Positions 29,826 through 38,015 of a stretch of 59,623 nt of DNA are shown piece by piece. How positions within the stretch are numbered: the stretch's first letter is position 1; each line of letters opens with the position of its first letter. This DNA comes from Oscillospiraceae bacterium (GTDB lineage Bacteria; Bacillota; Clostridia; Oscillospirales; Acutalibacteraceae), in contig JAVBOZ010000106.1 of the NCBI GenBank assembly GCA_031549985.1, positions 1 through 59,623 of the forward strand, in the 5' to 3' direction. The notes under the pieces are model-generated. The model saw nothing but the letters and a program-made list of their open reading frames with translations, was not told the origin of the DNA and did no database searches. Both the position numbers and the translations under genes were made by a program.

Positions 29826-29855
29826 GTAGGGACACGGCGTGCCGTGTCCAGGCAA
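29826..29855 (+). repeat. Inverted copy of the GTAGGGACACGGC hairpin element between rimM and trmD
   Basis: GTAGGGACACGGCGTGCCGTGTCCAGGCAA is the exact reverse complement of the core at 28973-28996. Confidence 0.8.
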
Positions 29856-29881
29856 CCGAAAACCATTTAGGTTCAATTGCC

Positions 29882-30394
29882 TCAAAACAACCCCTCCAAC
29901 GGCGTGATCAGTATTTCGCCCGCGTCGATATCTACAGCGCGCACGACCTCGTCAATGACAGGGATCAGCGCCTCACTGCCGTCCGCGCGGCGGATGTGCC
30001 AGACGTCGTTCGCGCCCCCGGCCCGGCTGGCGTCGCTCAGTGTGCCGTAACAGACGCTGCGGTCGTTCGCGTTCAGCACCCGGCTGCCCAACAGCTCGGC
30101 GATGAAATACTGGCCTTCGGCCAGCCGCGCGTCCGCCCTGCGAAACCAAAGTTTACGCCCACGCAGCGCTTCGGCGGCCTCGATATTTTCAACGCCTTCA
30201 AGTCGCAGCAGCGCGACGTTTTTATGTTCCCGCGCGCCCAGTACCCGCACGGGCCGCGCGCCTTTGTCATCCCAATAAAGCAAAGAAAACCCACGGAAAA
30301 ACGCGGGGGAATCGCACGCCGGAAGGACGCGCAGTTCACCCCGGATTCCGTGGGTGCCAACGATGGTACCGATCTCAAGATAATCGTATTTCAT
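29882..30394 (-). CDS. rimM: 16S rRNA processing protein RimM
   Basis: 170 aa. IVGTHGIRGELRV and a C-terminal PRC-barrel-like region. It is syntenic with trmD. Confidence 0.9.
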   Translation of the reverse strand: MKYDYLEIGTIVGTHGIRGELRVLPACDSPAFFRGFSLLYWDDKGARPVRVLGAREHKNVALLRLEGVENIEAAEALRGRKLWFRRADARLAEGQYFIAELLGSRVLNANDRSVCYGTLSDASRAGGANDVWHIRRADGSEALIPVIDEVVRAVDIDAGEILITPLEGLF

Positions 30395-30412
30395 ATGCCA
30401 CTCAAAGACAGT

Positions 30413-30649
30413 TTATTCGTCAATCTCGACGGAAATTTTCACGTGGTTGCGCACAGCGGCGGAACGCATAATGATACGGATCGCCTTGGCGATCTTGCCC
30501 TGCTTTCCGATCACGCGGCCCATGTCGTCTTCCGCCACGCGCAGGTGATAATACACGACGCCGTTCTCATCCGGCTCGTCAACGGTCACGCTGACCTCGT
30601 CTGGTTTTTCCACCAATCCCTTTGCCAGCACCATGAGCAGTTCTTCCAT
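30413..30649 (-). CDS. KH-domain RNA-binding protein (YlqC-like)
   Basis: 78 aa with VIGKQGKIAKAIR (a GXXG KH motif). It occupies the conserved position between rpsP and rimM. Confidence 0.85.
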   Translation of the reverse strand: MEELLMVLAKGLVEKPDEVSVTVDEPDENGVVYYHLRVAEDDMGRVIGKQGKIAKAIRIIMRSAAVRNHVKISVEIDE

Positions 30650-30699
30650 TTATTCAGCTCCTTCTGCCCTCACAGGGGTGAGAATCTTGCCTCTTACTT

Positions 30700-30945
30700 C
30701 TAGTTCAGCACGCCCTGCTTCTTTAGAATATCGCGCACCGTGTCGGTGGGCTGTGCGCCGTTCTTAATCCACTGCTTCGCCTTTTCGCCGTCCAGCTTGA
30801 CCTCGGCGGGGGAAATCAGAGGGTTGTAATAGCCCAGCTCCTCAATGAAGCGGCCGTCGCGGGGATAGCGGGAATCCGCCACCACGATGCGATAAAAAGG
30901 TGCTTTCTTCGCGCCCATGCGGCGCAGACGAATCTTGACTGCCAT
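30700..30945 (-). CDS. rpsP: 30S ribosomal protein S16
   Basis: Start taken at [26 protein letters not shown], the canonical S16 N-terminus. The ORF-track start at 31014 is an upstream extension. Confidence 0.93.
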   Translation of the reverse strand: MAVKIRLRRMGAKKAPFYRIVVADSRYPRDGRFIEELGYYNPLISPAEVKLDGEKAKQWIKNGAQPTDTVRDILKKQGVLN

Positions 30946-31010
30946 GCGGTTGCCTCCTAGATTTTCAATGTTATTTTTTATATGATAAACTCCATGCGAA
31001 GAAGGAGAAA

Positions 31011-32351
31011 TCACCGAAGCCCGTTTTGCCCCATCATCTGCGCCATCGCGCTGCGCTTGCCGCCCTTGCCGTTCATCTGCTTAAACATCTTCTGCATCTG
31101 CTTATATTGGTTCAGCAGCCGGTTGACGTCCTCCACCTGCTGCCCCGCGCCGGCGGCGATGCGCTTTTTACGCGAGGGGTTGATGATATCGGGGCTCCGC
31201 CGTTCGCCGGGGGTCATCGAAAGAATCAGCGCCTGCACCCGGTCAAACTGCTTTTCGTCAATGTCGACATCGCGCAGCTGTTTGCCCAGCCCGGGCAGCA
31301 TACCCAAAATATCCTTCATGTTCCCAAGGCGGCGGATCTGCCGAAACTGATCCAACAGGTCGTTGAGGTCAAACTTGTTTTTGAGGAGCTTTTCCTCCAT
31401 CTCGGCGGCCTTTTTTTCATCCAAAACGGCCTCGGCTTTCTCAATCAGCGAAAGCACGTCGCCCATGCCAAGAATCCGGCTTGCCATGCGCTCGGGGTGA
31501 AAGATATCCAGGTCCCCCAGCTTTTCGCCCGTGCCGACGAACTTGATCGGCTTGCCCGTCACCGCCCGCGCCGAAAGCGCCGCGCCGCCGCGTGTGTCGC
31601 TGTCGGTCTTGGTCAGCACCAGGCCGTCGATGCCCAGCGCCTCGTTGAAGCTCGTGGCCACGTTTACGGCGTCCTGCCCCGTCATGGCGTCCACGACCAG
31701 CAGGATTTCCTGCGGGCGCACCGCCACCTTGATATTCTTCAGCTCCGTCATCAACGCCTCGTCGATGTGCAAGCGCCCGGCGGTGTCGAGAAAAAGATAG
31801 TCGAAGCCCTGATCACGCGCGTGGTTCAGCGCCTGTTTGGCAATCTCCACCGGGTCGATCTGCCCCAGCGTGAAGACCGGCACGCCGATCTTTGCGCCCA
31901 ATACCTCCAACTGCTGAATGGCTGCCGGACGGTAGATATCGCAGGCCGCCAGCAGCGGGCGGTGCCCCTGGTTCTTAAGCCAAAGGGCGATCTTTGCGCT
32001 GTGCGTGGTCTTACCGGAACCCTGCAGGCCGCACATCATCACCACCGTCGGCCCTTTGGAAGCCTGGGTCAGGCGCGACTGCGTACCACCCATCAGGGCG
32101 ATCAGCTCTTCGTTGACGATTTTAACGACCATCTGCGCGGGGGTGAGGCTTTCCATCACCTGCGCGCCGATGGCGCGTTCAGTAACCTGCGCTGTAAAAT
32201 CCCTGGCAACTTTATAGTTGACGTCAGCCTCCAGCAAGGCCATGCGCACCTCGCGCATCGCGTCGCGCACATCTTTTTCCGTCAGGCTGCCCTTGCTGCG
32301 CAAGCGCTTGAACGCCGCCTCAAGACGGTCAGAAAGGCCTTCGAACGCCAC
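31011..32351 (-). CDS. ffh: Signal recognition particle protein Ffh
   Basis: 446 aa with a GTG start after GGGGTGA. P-loop [20 protein letters not shown], and a Met-rich M domain. Confidence 0.97.
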   Translation of the reverse strand: MAFEGLSDRLEAAFKRLRSKGSLTEKDVRDAMREVRMALLEADVNYKVARDFTAQVTERAIGAQVMESLTPAQMVVKIVNEELIALMGGTQSRLTQASKGPTVVMMCGLQGSGKTTHSAKIALWLKNQGHRPLLAACDIYRPAAIQQLEVLGAKIGVPVFTLGQIDPVEIAKQALNHARDQGFDYLFLDTAGRLHIDEALMTELKNIKVAVRPQEILLVVDAMTGQDAVNVATSFNEALGIDGLVLTKTDSDTRGGAALSARAVTGKPIKFVGTGEKLGDLDIFHPERMASRILGMGDVLSLIEKAEAVLDEKKAAEMEEKLLKNKFDLNDLLDQFRQIRRLGNMKDILGMLPGLGKQLRDVDIDEKQFDRVQALILSMTPGERRSPDIINPSRKKRIAAGAGQQVEDVNRLLNQYKQMQKMFKQMNGKGGKRSAMAQMMGQNGLR

Positions 32352-32365
32352 AGATTCACCCCGTT

Positions 32366-32402
32366 CCAGATTTTAGCCTTTAGATTTTAGACATTAGACG
32401 TT
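32366..32402. repeat. 7-nt-phased TTAG repeat block (4 heptads) in the ylxM-ffh intergenic region
   Basis: TTAG occurs at 32373, 32380, 32387 and 32394 (exact 7-nt period) and the block ends in TTAGACGTT. An inverted, 5-heptad version lies at 50841-50877. Confidence 0.7.
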
Positions 32403-32495
32403 TCCGCCGTTACGTCTGCAATAACACAAAATTATAGCCCATTGAAAAGTTTTGCGGAGCTTTTTCAAAAGCGACCGTACCCCCGCGCCTGCCCT

Positions 32496-32861
32496 TTAAC
32501 TGACCATCAGTTTTTCCGCCGTGGCGGAAATTTGGGCCGCCGCCTCGTTGATCTCGCGTGAGAGCCCACAACGCAGGTTTTGCTCGTGCACCTGCTGGGC
32601 ACATTGGATGATCTCTTCCAGCCCACGCTTCATGTCTTCAAAACGCCGGGCCAGCGCAAGGCGTTCCTCCATCTCAAGCAGCTGGTGTTCAGCCCGCTTG
32701 ATGGCGTCGCGCACACCCTGGCGCGAAATCCCCTCGTTTTGCGCGATTTCTGAAAGGGAAAGGTCTTCGTAGTAGTAATATTCAAGGAATTCCCTCTGCT
32801 TTTGCGTCAGCAGTTCGCCGTAAAACCCCAGCAGCAGGGCCATGGATAAGTCCTTCGCCAC
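32496..32861 (-). CDS. ylxM: YlxM/UPF0122 putative helix-turn-helix protein
   Basis: 121 aa with YYYEDLSLSEIAQNEGISRQGVRDAIKRAE. It occupies the conserved position upstream of ffh. Confidence 0.85.
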   Translation of the reverse strand: MAKDLSMALLLGFYGELLTQKQREFLEYYYYEDLSLSEIAQNEGISRQGVRDAIKRAEHQLLEMEERLALARRFEDMKRGLEEIIQCAQQVHEQNLRCGLSREINEAAAQISATAEKLMVS

Positions 32862-32983
32862 CGCAGATCCCCCTCCTCCGCAGCCTGTAAAGGCGTTTAT
32901 CTTTACACCTCGGCGCGCTTATGCATTATACAGCATTCGCCCGCCCCTGTCAAGCCCAAAAAACGGCGATTTTTCGCTTGAAA

Positions 32984-33020
32984 TGTGGATAACCTTGTGG
33001 AAAACCCCATGTTATTCACC
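32984..33020. promoter_or_regulatory. Cluster of three DnaA-box-like 9-mers
   Basis: TGTGGATAA (32984-32992) is a perfect reverse-complement match to TTATCCACA. TGTGGAAAA (32996-33004) and TTATTCACC (33012-33020) each have one or two mismatches. Confidence 0.35.
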
Positions 33021-33228
33021 AAGAGGGTCTCGCTCCGGTAAGGAATCGCTTTATACCGCACTTTTCGGTGGCGTACGCGCAATTGTTCGGTGAAAAAGCT
33101 GTGAATAAGTTTTTTCAAATTTAGGAAGCTAAAGCGCGTTTTTCTTACAGAATACGGCAACGCGGTTTAACCCGTTCGCCCCTGCCGGCGCACGCAAAAT
33201 GAACGGTGTAAAGCGCATACAAAAGCGC

Positions 33229-33257
33229 TTGCAAAGTCTGGCGAATCATGATATAGT
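33229..33257 (+). promoter_or_regulatory. Sigma-A-type promoter for the M28 peptidase gene
   Basis: TTGCAA (33229-33234), a 17-bp spacer, then TATAGT (33252-33257). It lies about 80 nt upstream of the ATG at 33336. Confidence 0.5.
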
Positions 33258-33335
33258 ATTAGGGTTGCATGCCCGCTATTTTTCAAACCATATGTTTTGT
33301 GCTGCGCAAAAACTTGAAAAGGATGGATCATAATC

Positions 33336-34658
33336 ATGCCCAAACCAGTGACGCTGAACAACCCGCGGCTCGGGGTGGCCGAATCGACAAAACGCTATAT
33401 GGCCGAAGGGATCCGCCATGTCTGCGAGAACTTCAAGAAGCGCCTGCCCGGCACCCAGTCGGAGCGCGACGCCCAGGCCTTCTTTAAGGAAGAGCTTGAA
33501 AAAATTTCTGACCCCTCCCGGGGCGATGCCGTCTTGATGGAAGATTTTACGCTTCATCCACACGCTTTCATGGGGTTTATCATCCTCGCCTGCTCCTGCC
33601 TGCTTGGTACCGTTGCCTGCTTTTGGCTTGGCAAGAGCAGTATCGTCGCGGCAGCCGTTGGCGCGGTACTGGCCGTCTTCGCCCTGCTGGTCGTCTTGTT
33701 TGAGTTTTTGATGTATCGCGAATTTGTCGATTTCCTCTTCCCCAAGCGCGTTTCGCGCAACGTCTACGCGGTGCGCAAGCCGACCGGCGAAACGCGGCGG
33801 CGCATCATCTTCGGCGGTCACACCGACGTCGCCAACGAATGGACGTTTACCTATATGGCCGAACGCAAGGGCATGGCTTTCGCGTTGATCGGCGCGGGGG
33901 TCGGCCTGGCCGTCTGTCTGGCGGCCAGCGTCACGCGGCTTGCGTTTGTGCTGCAAATGCGCCTGCGCGAGGCGGCGGAGCTGACGGCGGGCAATGTGCT
34001 GATGAACGACGCCTACGCCATCAAGGGCGGCTGGCTGGCCTGGGGCGTTGCGCTGCTCTGCATGGTTCCGCTCGCCCTTGTTCTTATGAAATTCATCAAC
34101 TACAAGATCGCGGTCGACGGCGCAAACGACAACCTCAGCGCCAACTATGTCAGCATGGCTTTGCTAAAGGAAATGAACGACAGCGGCTTCCGCTTTGAGC
34201 ACACCGAGGTCTGCTGCCTGCTCACCGGCGCCGAGGAGGCGGGCCTGCGCGGCGCGAAGGCCTTTGCCAAGAAGCACCTGAAGGAGCTTTCGGAGGTCGA
34301 CACCGTCTTCATCGCAATGGACACCATGCGGGAAATTGAGGAGATGCGCGTCTGCAACATCGGCTGCACAGGCACCGTGCGCAATGATAAGGCTGTGGGC
34401 GTGCTGCTCCACGAAGCCGGGCGCGCCTGCGGGGTCGAGATTCCTGACGGCGAGGTATACCCCGGCGCGGTGGACTCCGAGGCGTTTTCGATGTTTGGCC
34501 TGCGCGCCACCGGCTTCACCGCCGTCAGCCACGAGGCCAAGCGCTATTACCACACCCGGCACGATACGGCGGACAACATCGACATGGACTGCATCGCCCT
34601 GAGCCTGAACATCTGCAAAGAGGCCGCGCGCATTTTTGACCAGAAGGGCGCGAATTAG
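33336..34658 (+). CDS. Membrane-associated M28-family metallopeptidase
   Basis: 440 aa. Several TM segments are followed by IIFGGHTDV and LLTGAEEAGLRGAKAF (M28 zinc-ligand motifs) and YHTRHDT. Confidence 0.75.
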   Translation: MPKPVTLNNPRLGVAESTKRYMAEGIRHVCENFKKRLPGTQSERDAQAFFKEELEKISDPSRGDAVLMEDFTLHPHAFMGFIILACSCLLGTVACFWLGKSSIVAAAVGAVLAVFALLVVLFEFLMYREFVDFLFPKRVSRNVYAVRKPTGETRRRIIFGGHTDVANEWTFTYMAERKGMAFALIGAGVGLAVCLAASVTRLAFVLQMRLREAAELTAGNVLMNDAYAIKGGWLAWGVALLCMVPLALVLMKFINYKIAVDGANDNLSANYVSMALLKEMNDSGFRFEHTEVCCLLTGAEEAGLRGAKAFAKKHLKELSEVDTVFIAMDTMREIEEMRVCNIGCTGTVRNDKAVGVLLHEAGRACGVEIPDGEVYPGAVDSEAFSMFGLRATGFTAVSHEAKRYYHTRHDTADNIDMDCIALSLNICKEAARIFDQKGAN

Positions 34659-34707
34659 TTCTTTTTCTTGAAAGAAAAAGAACCAAAAAGAACTTTAATA
34701 GCATTCA

Positions 34708-34736
34708 AAGGCGGCCCGCGAAAACGGGTCGCCTTT
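34708..34736. terminator. Bidirectional terminator between the M28 peptidase and XRE genes
   Basis: AAAGGCGGCCCG-cgaaaa-CGGGTCGCCTTT has A/T tracts on both sides and lies between convergent genes. Confidence 0.6.
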
Positions 34737-34778
34737 GCTGCGTTGCTATGGGCAAGAAGGGCGGTACATCGCACGCTT

Positions 34779-35078
34779 CTAGTTCCGTCTTGTTTTGTTC
34801 AATCCCCTGAATTCTTCCACCAACCCCGCCAGCAAAATGACCTGTTCATCCGTCAGCTCAGTGACGTCCATGCTCTTTGCGCGCTCCACGCCAAGGAGCC
34901 AATCCACCGATACGGAAAACTCCAGGGCAATCTTTATAAGCATCTCCAGCGAAGGCATGCGCATTTGTGATTCATAGGCTGAAATGATGGATTTGCGCAT
35001 TCCCAAGCGTTGCGCGAACGCCGTTTGCGTTAACCCCCGATCAACACGCAGTTTTTTGACCTTGTCACCAAATTCCAC
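34779..35078 (-). CDS. XRE-family helix-turn-helix transcriptional regulator
   Basis: 99 aa with a GTG start after AAAGGAGG. The segment LRVDRGLTQTAFAQRLGMRKSIISAYES is a typical Cro/C1-type HTH. Confidence 0.8.
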   Translation of the reverse strand: MEFGDKVKKLRVDRGLTQTAFAQRLGMRKSIISAYESQMRMPSLEMLIKIALEFSVSVDWLLGVERAKSMDVTELTDEQVILLAGLVEEFRGLNKTRRN

Positions 35079-35125
35079 GCAACCGCCTCCTTTATTGTAT
35101 TATACAAGGCGTGCGACTTCTTTTG

Positions 35126-35166
35126 GTGGAATTATTCTTTACATTTGTGGAATATCATGCTATAAT
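35126..35166 (+). promoter_or_regulatory. Strong promoter with flanking direct repeats (candidate XRE operator) for the Cys-rich ORF
   Basis: TTTACA (35138-35143), a 17-bp spacer, then TATAAT (35161-35166). The direct repeats GTGGAATTAT (35126-35135) and GTGGAATAT (35147-35155) bracket the -35. A divergent TATAAT for the XRE gene lies at 35104-35099 (minus strand). Confidence 0.6.
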
Positions 35167-35207
35167 GTTACAGATGATTGTATGATTTTGTTCTATGAGG
35201 TGCGCTT

Positions 35208-35393
35208 ATGCATAAGATGCCAGAAGACAACCGCCGTCGGCACTGCCATGAAAATGAGGGCTGCTGCGACGAATGTGACTACCTGATCTGCTGCACAAAT
35301 TTCAACGGGCTTTGCGACCGATGTTTTGAGGAGAATAATCTGTGCCCCGAAATTGAGAAAAAGCCCGGCGTGATCATTGCCACACCGGGTTAA
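35208..35393 (+). CDS. Cysteine-rich small protein (61 aa, 10 Cys), unknown function
   Basis: RBS GAGGTG lies 5 nt before the ATG. The sequence contains HCHENEGCCDECDYLICCTNFNGLCDRCFEENNLCPE. I recognised no family. Confidence 0.55.
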   Translation: MHKMPEDNRRRHCHENEGCCDECDYLICCTNFNGLCDRCFEENNLCPEIEKKPGVIIATPG

Positions 35394-35411
35394 AATGCCG
35401 CCAAGATAACT

Positions 35412-36101
35412 TTATTCCCGTGCCGACGCCTTCTTTTCCAGTTTGATCCAGGTCACAAAACCGATGGCGTTGACCGCCACCGCCAGTGCGGCGATCAGCA
35501 CAAAGCTCAGGTTCGCGATGTCCTGCTTCGTGTTCACGATCCAGAGGATCATCACCACGAAATTGCCCGCAAGGTTGAAGCACCAGTTCTCCACATAGCG
35601 CAGCAGCAGCAGCACCAGCCCCGGCGCAACGAACGCGAGCGAAAGGCTGTCATAAATCGCGTTCTCCGAATGCACCGCGCGCAAAAGCAGATAGATGCCA
35701 ACAAAGGCGACAACGCCCGCGCCCAGTGAAATCGCCCAGCCTTTGCCGTTGAGCTTCTTCATCGCCACGGTGGCCCCGCTCTTATGTTTGCCCCAGCTGA
35801 TCAGGCTGAAAAGATAGACCGGGAAGCCGAACAGCGTATTGAAAAAAGCCAGCCCATAAGTCTCGCGCGAAAAAAAGAGCGCACCATACGCCAGGCAATA
35901 CGCCATGCCGCAGGCGCAGCCCGCCCGCTTGCCCTCGGCCAGATACATCAGCGTCACGACGGAATACACCGCCAGCAGGATTTCGTACCAGACCTGTTCG
36001 GTCAATATGCCGCAGGCGATCAACACCGGTGCGGCGGCAAGGATGAATATAAACCTGCCAAGGCCAAAACCAAGGATCGTCTTTTCTTTCATCGCGGGCA
36101 T
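35412..36101 (-). CDS. PnuC-like nicotinamide riboside transporter (tentative)
   Basis: A membrane protein of about 229 aa with 7-8 TM segments. Its size and composition resemble PnuC, but the assignment is by resemblance only. Start taken at MPAMKEK. Confidence 0.5.
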   Translation of the reverse strand: MPAMKEKTILGFGLGRFIFILAAAPVLIACGILTEQVWYEILLAVYSVVTLMYLAEGKRAGCACGMAYCLAYGALFFSRETYGLAFFNTLFGFPVYLFSLISWGKHKSGATVAMKKLNGKGWAISLGAGVVAFVGIYLLLRAVHSENAIYDSLSLAFVAPGLVLLLLRYVENWCFNLAGNFVVMILWIVNTKQDIANLSFVLIAALAVAVNAIGFVTWIKLEKKASARE

Positions 36102-36115
36102 GGATTGTCCGCCTC

Positions 36116-36574
36116 TCACTCTTCAATCAGGTCGCCGTGCCCGTGCGCGTCGTCGTCCAGCCCGGCAAAAAGGGCCGGATCGTAGGCCACGCCGTGGCGG
36201 TCATAGTAATCCTTCACAGCCGCCTTGACGGCCTCCTCAGCCAACACGGAGCAGTGCAGCTTGACCGGCGGCAGGCCGTCGAGTGCCTCCACCACAGCCT
36301 TGTTGGTCAGTTCCAGCACCTGGCCGATGGGCTTGCCCTTGATCATCTCCGTTGCGATGGAGCTGGTTGCAATGGCCGAAGCGCAGCCGAAGGTCTTGAA
36401 CTTGACATCTGTGAGGATGCCCGCGTCCACCTTCAGGTAGACCTTCATGATGTCGCCACACTTGGCGTTGCCGACCTCCCCCACTCCGTCCGCGTCTTCG
36501 ATTTCCCCAACGTTCCGGGGGTTGATGAAGTGGTCCATCACCTTTTCACTGTATGTCATTGCCATAATGGTCAT
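36116..36574 (-). CDS. iscU: Fe-S cluster assembly scaffold IscU/NifU-like
   Basis: YSEKVMDHFINPRNVG, GNAKCGDIM, FKTFGCASAIATSS and KLHCSVLAEEA provide the three conserved Cys. The start may be 36559. Confidence 0.93.
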   Translation of the reverse strand: MTIMAMTYSEKVMDHFINPRNVGEIEDADGVGEVGNAKCGDIMKVYLKVDAGILTDVKFKTFGCASAIATSSIATEMIKGKPIGQVLELTNKAVVEALDGLPPVKLHCSVLAEEAVKAAVKDYYDRHGVAYDPALFAGLDDDAHGHGDLIEE

Positions 36575-36604
36575 TCCTTTCTTGGCGCTTTCTTACACAA
36601 AGCA

Positions 36605-37810
36605 TCAATCCAACCGGCCGGTCTTTTGGATGTCCTCCCAATAGGGGGACATGGCGCGTAAATATTGTACGGTCTCCCGTGTCGCCCGTACGGTGTGCGT
36701 GACTTCCTCCTGCGTATTGTAACGCGAAAGCGTCAGACGCAGCGAGCCATTGGACACCGCGTGCGAGCGGCCGATCGCCAGCAGCACGTGGCTGGGGTCG
36801 AGCGAGCCGGAGGTGCAGGCGGACCCTGAAGAGGCGGCGATCCCCTTTTGGTCGAGCCACAGCAGGAGCGCTTCACTTTCCGCCCCCGCGAAGCAAATGT
36901 TGACGTTGCCCGGCAGTCGCCGGTCGCGATCGCCGTTCAGGTAGGCGTATTCGATTTGGCAAAGGCCGTCGATCAGCTGATCCCGGTAGCCCGCGATACG
37001 CGCGGCAGTTTCGGGCATCTCGGCCACGGCCTCTTCCAACGCGGCGGCCATGCCCACCACGCCGGGGATGTTCTCCGTCCCCGCGCGGCGGTTGCGCTCC
37101 TGCGCCCCGCCCAGCAGCAGGGCCCGCAACGGCGTACCCTGGCGGCAATAGAGCGCGCCCACGCCTTTTGGCCCATGAAATTTATGCCCCGAAAGGCTGA
37201 GCATGTCCACATTCATTGCGCGCACATCGACCGGGATATGCCCCACCGCCTGCACGGCGTCACTGTGAAACGGAATTTTACGCGCACGGCAGGCCGCGCC
37301 GATTTCTTCGACGGGCAATATCGTGCCGATCTCGTTGTTGGCGGTCATGACCGTCACCAGCGCCGTATCCTCCCGCAGCGCAGCCTCAACGTCATTTACA
37401 GAGACAAGGCCCGTCTCCGGCGCCACCGGCAGGAGCGTCACCTCAAAGCCCTCTTTTCCCAGCGCCTCCAGCGTATGCAGCACCGCGTGGTGTTCAATGG
37501 CGGTGGAGACGATGTGCTTCTTCCCCTTGGCCGCACCCAGCCAGGCCGCGCTTTGGATCGCCTGGTTATCGGCCTCGCTGCCGCCGGAGGTGAAGTAAAT
37601 CTCCTTCGGATCGGCGTGCAGGCAGGCGGCGATCCGCTCGCGCGCGCCCTGAAGCGCCGCAGAAGCAGCCTGCCCCCAGCGGTGCAAGCTGGAGGGGTTG
37701 CCGTAAATCTCATCGTAATAAGGCTCCATCGCCCGCTTTGCGGCATCACTCAAGCGTGTGGTGGCCGCGTTGTCCATATAGGCTTCCACCGGAAGCACCT
37801 CCCTTGCCAT
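36605..37810 (-). CDS. nifS: Cysteine desulfurase NifS/IscS-type
   Basis: YMDNAATTR, SGHKFHGPKGVGALY (PLP lysine) and SSGSACTSG (active-site Cys). The start is 37810 or 37777; the ORF-track start at 37969 is an unlikely extension. Confidence 0.92.
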   Translation of the reverse strand: MAREVLPVEAYMDNAATTRLSDAAKRAMEPYYDEIYGNPSSLHRWGQAASAALQGARERIAACLHADPKEIYFTSGGSEADNQAIQSAAWLGAAKGKKHIVSTAIEHHAVLHTLEALGKEGFEVTLLPVAPETGLVSVNDVEAALREDTALVTVMTANNEIGTILPVEEIGAACRARKIPFHSDAVQAVGHIPVDVRAMNVDMLSLSGHKFHGPKGVGALYCRQGTPLRALLLGGAQERNRRAGTENIPGVVGMAAALEEAVAEMPETAARIAGYRDQLIDGLCQIEYAYLNGDRDRRLPGNVNICFAGAESEALLLWLDQKGIAASSGSACTSGSLDPSHVLLAIGRSHAVSNGSLRLTLSRYNTQEEVTHTVRATRETVQYLRAMSPYWEDIQKTGRLD

Positions 37811-38015
37811 AGAGGGATAAATTTCGACGTATCTTATTCTACCACATCTTGTGCGAAAATGCCATGGTTTTTTGTATTTTGCCCATCTGCATAGGAATTT
37901 TGCGCGGTGCGTCATAAAGACAGTGACCTTGCATGACGCCGCGTTATTTTTGATCACATTTTCTGCCATTGCGGCACAGCCGACCAGCCCGCCGCAGGCG
38001 CGTACCAGCTTATCT

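Noticed and set aside
33276-33956. 226-aa minus-strand ORF antisense to the M28 peptidase gene.
   Set aside because: It is antisense to a motif-supported gene. It is a low-complexity Arg/Gly/Ala-rich sequence with no RBS.
35208-35393. Cys-rich ORF considered as a SCIFF-type or other RiPP precursor.
   Set aside because: The sequence does not resemble the SCIFF motif, and no radical-SAM, lanthipeptide or other maturase or export genes are adjacent. It is reported only as an unknown Cys-rich protein.
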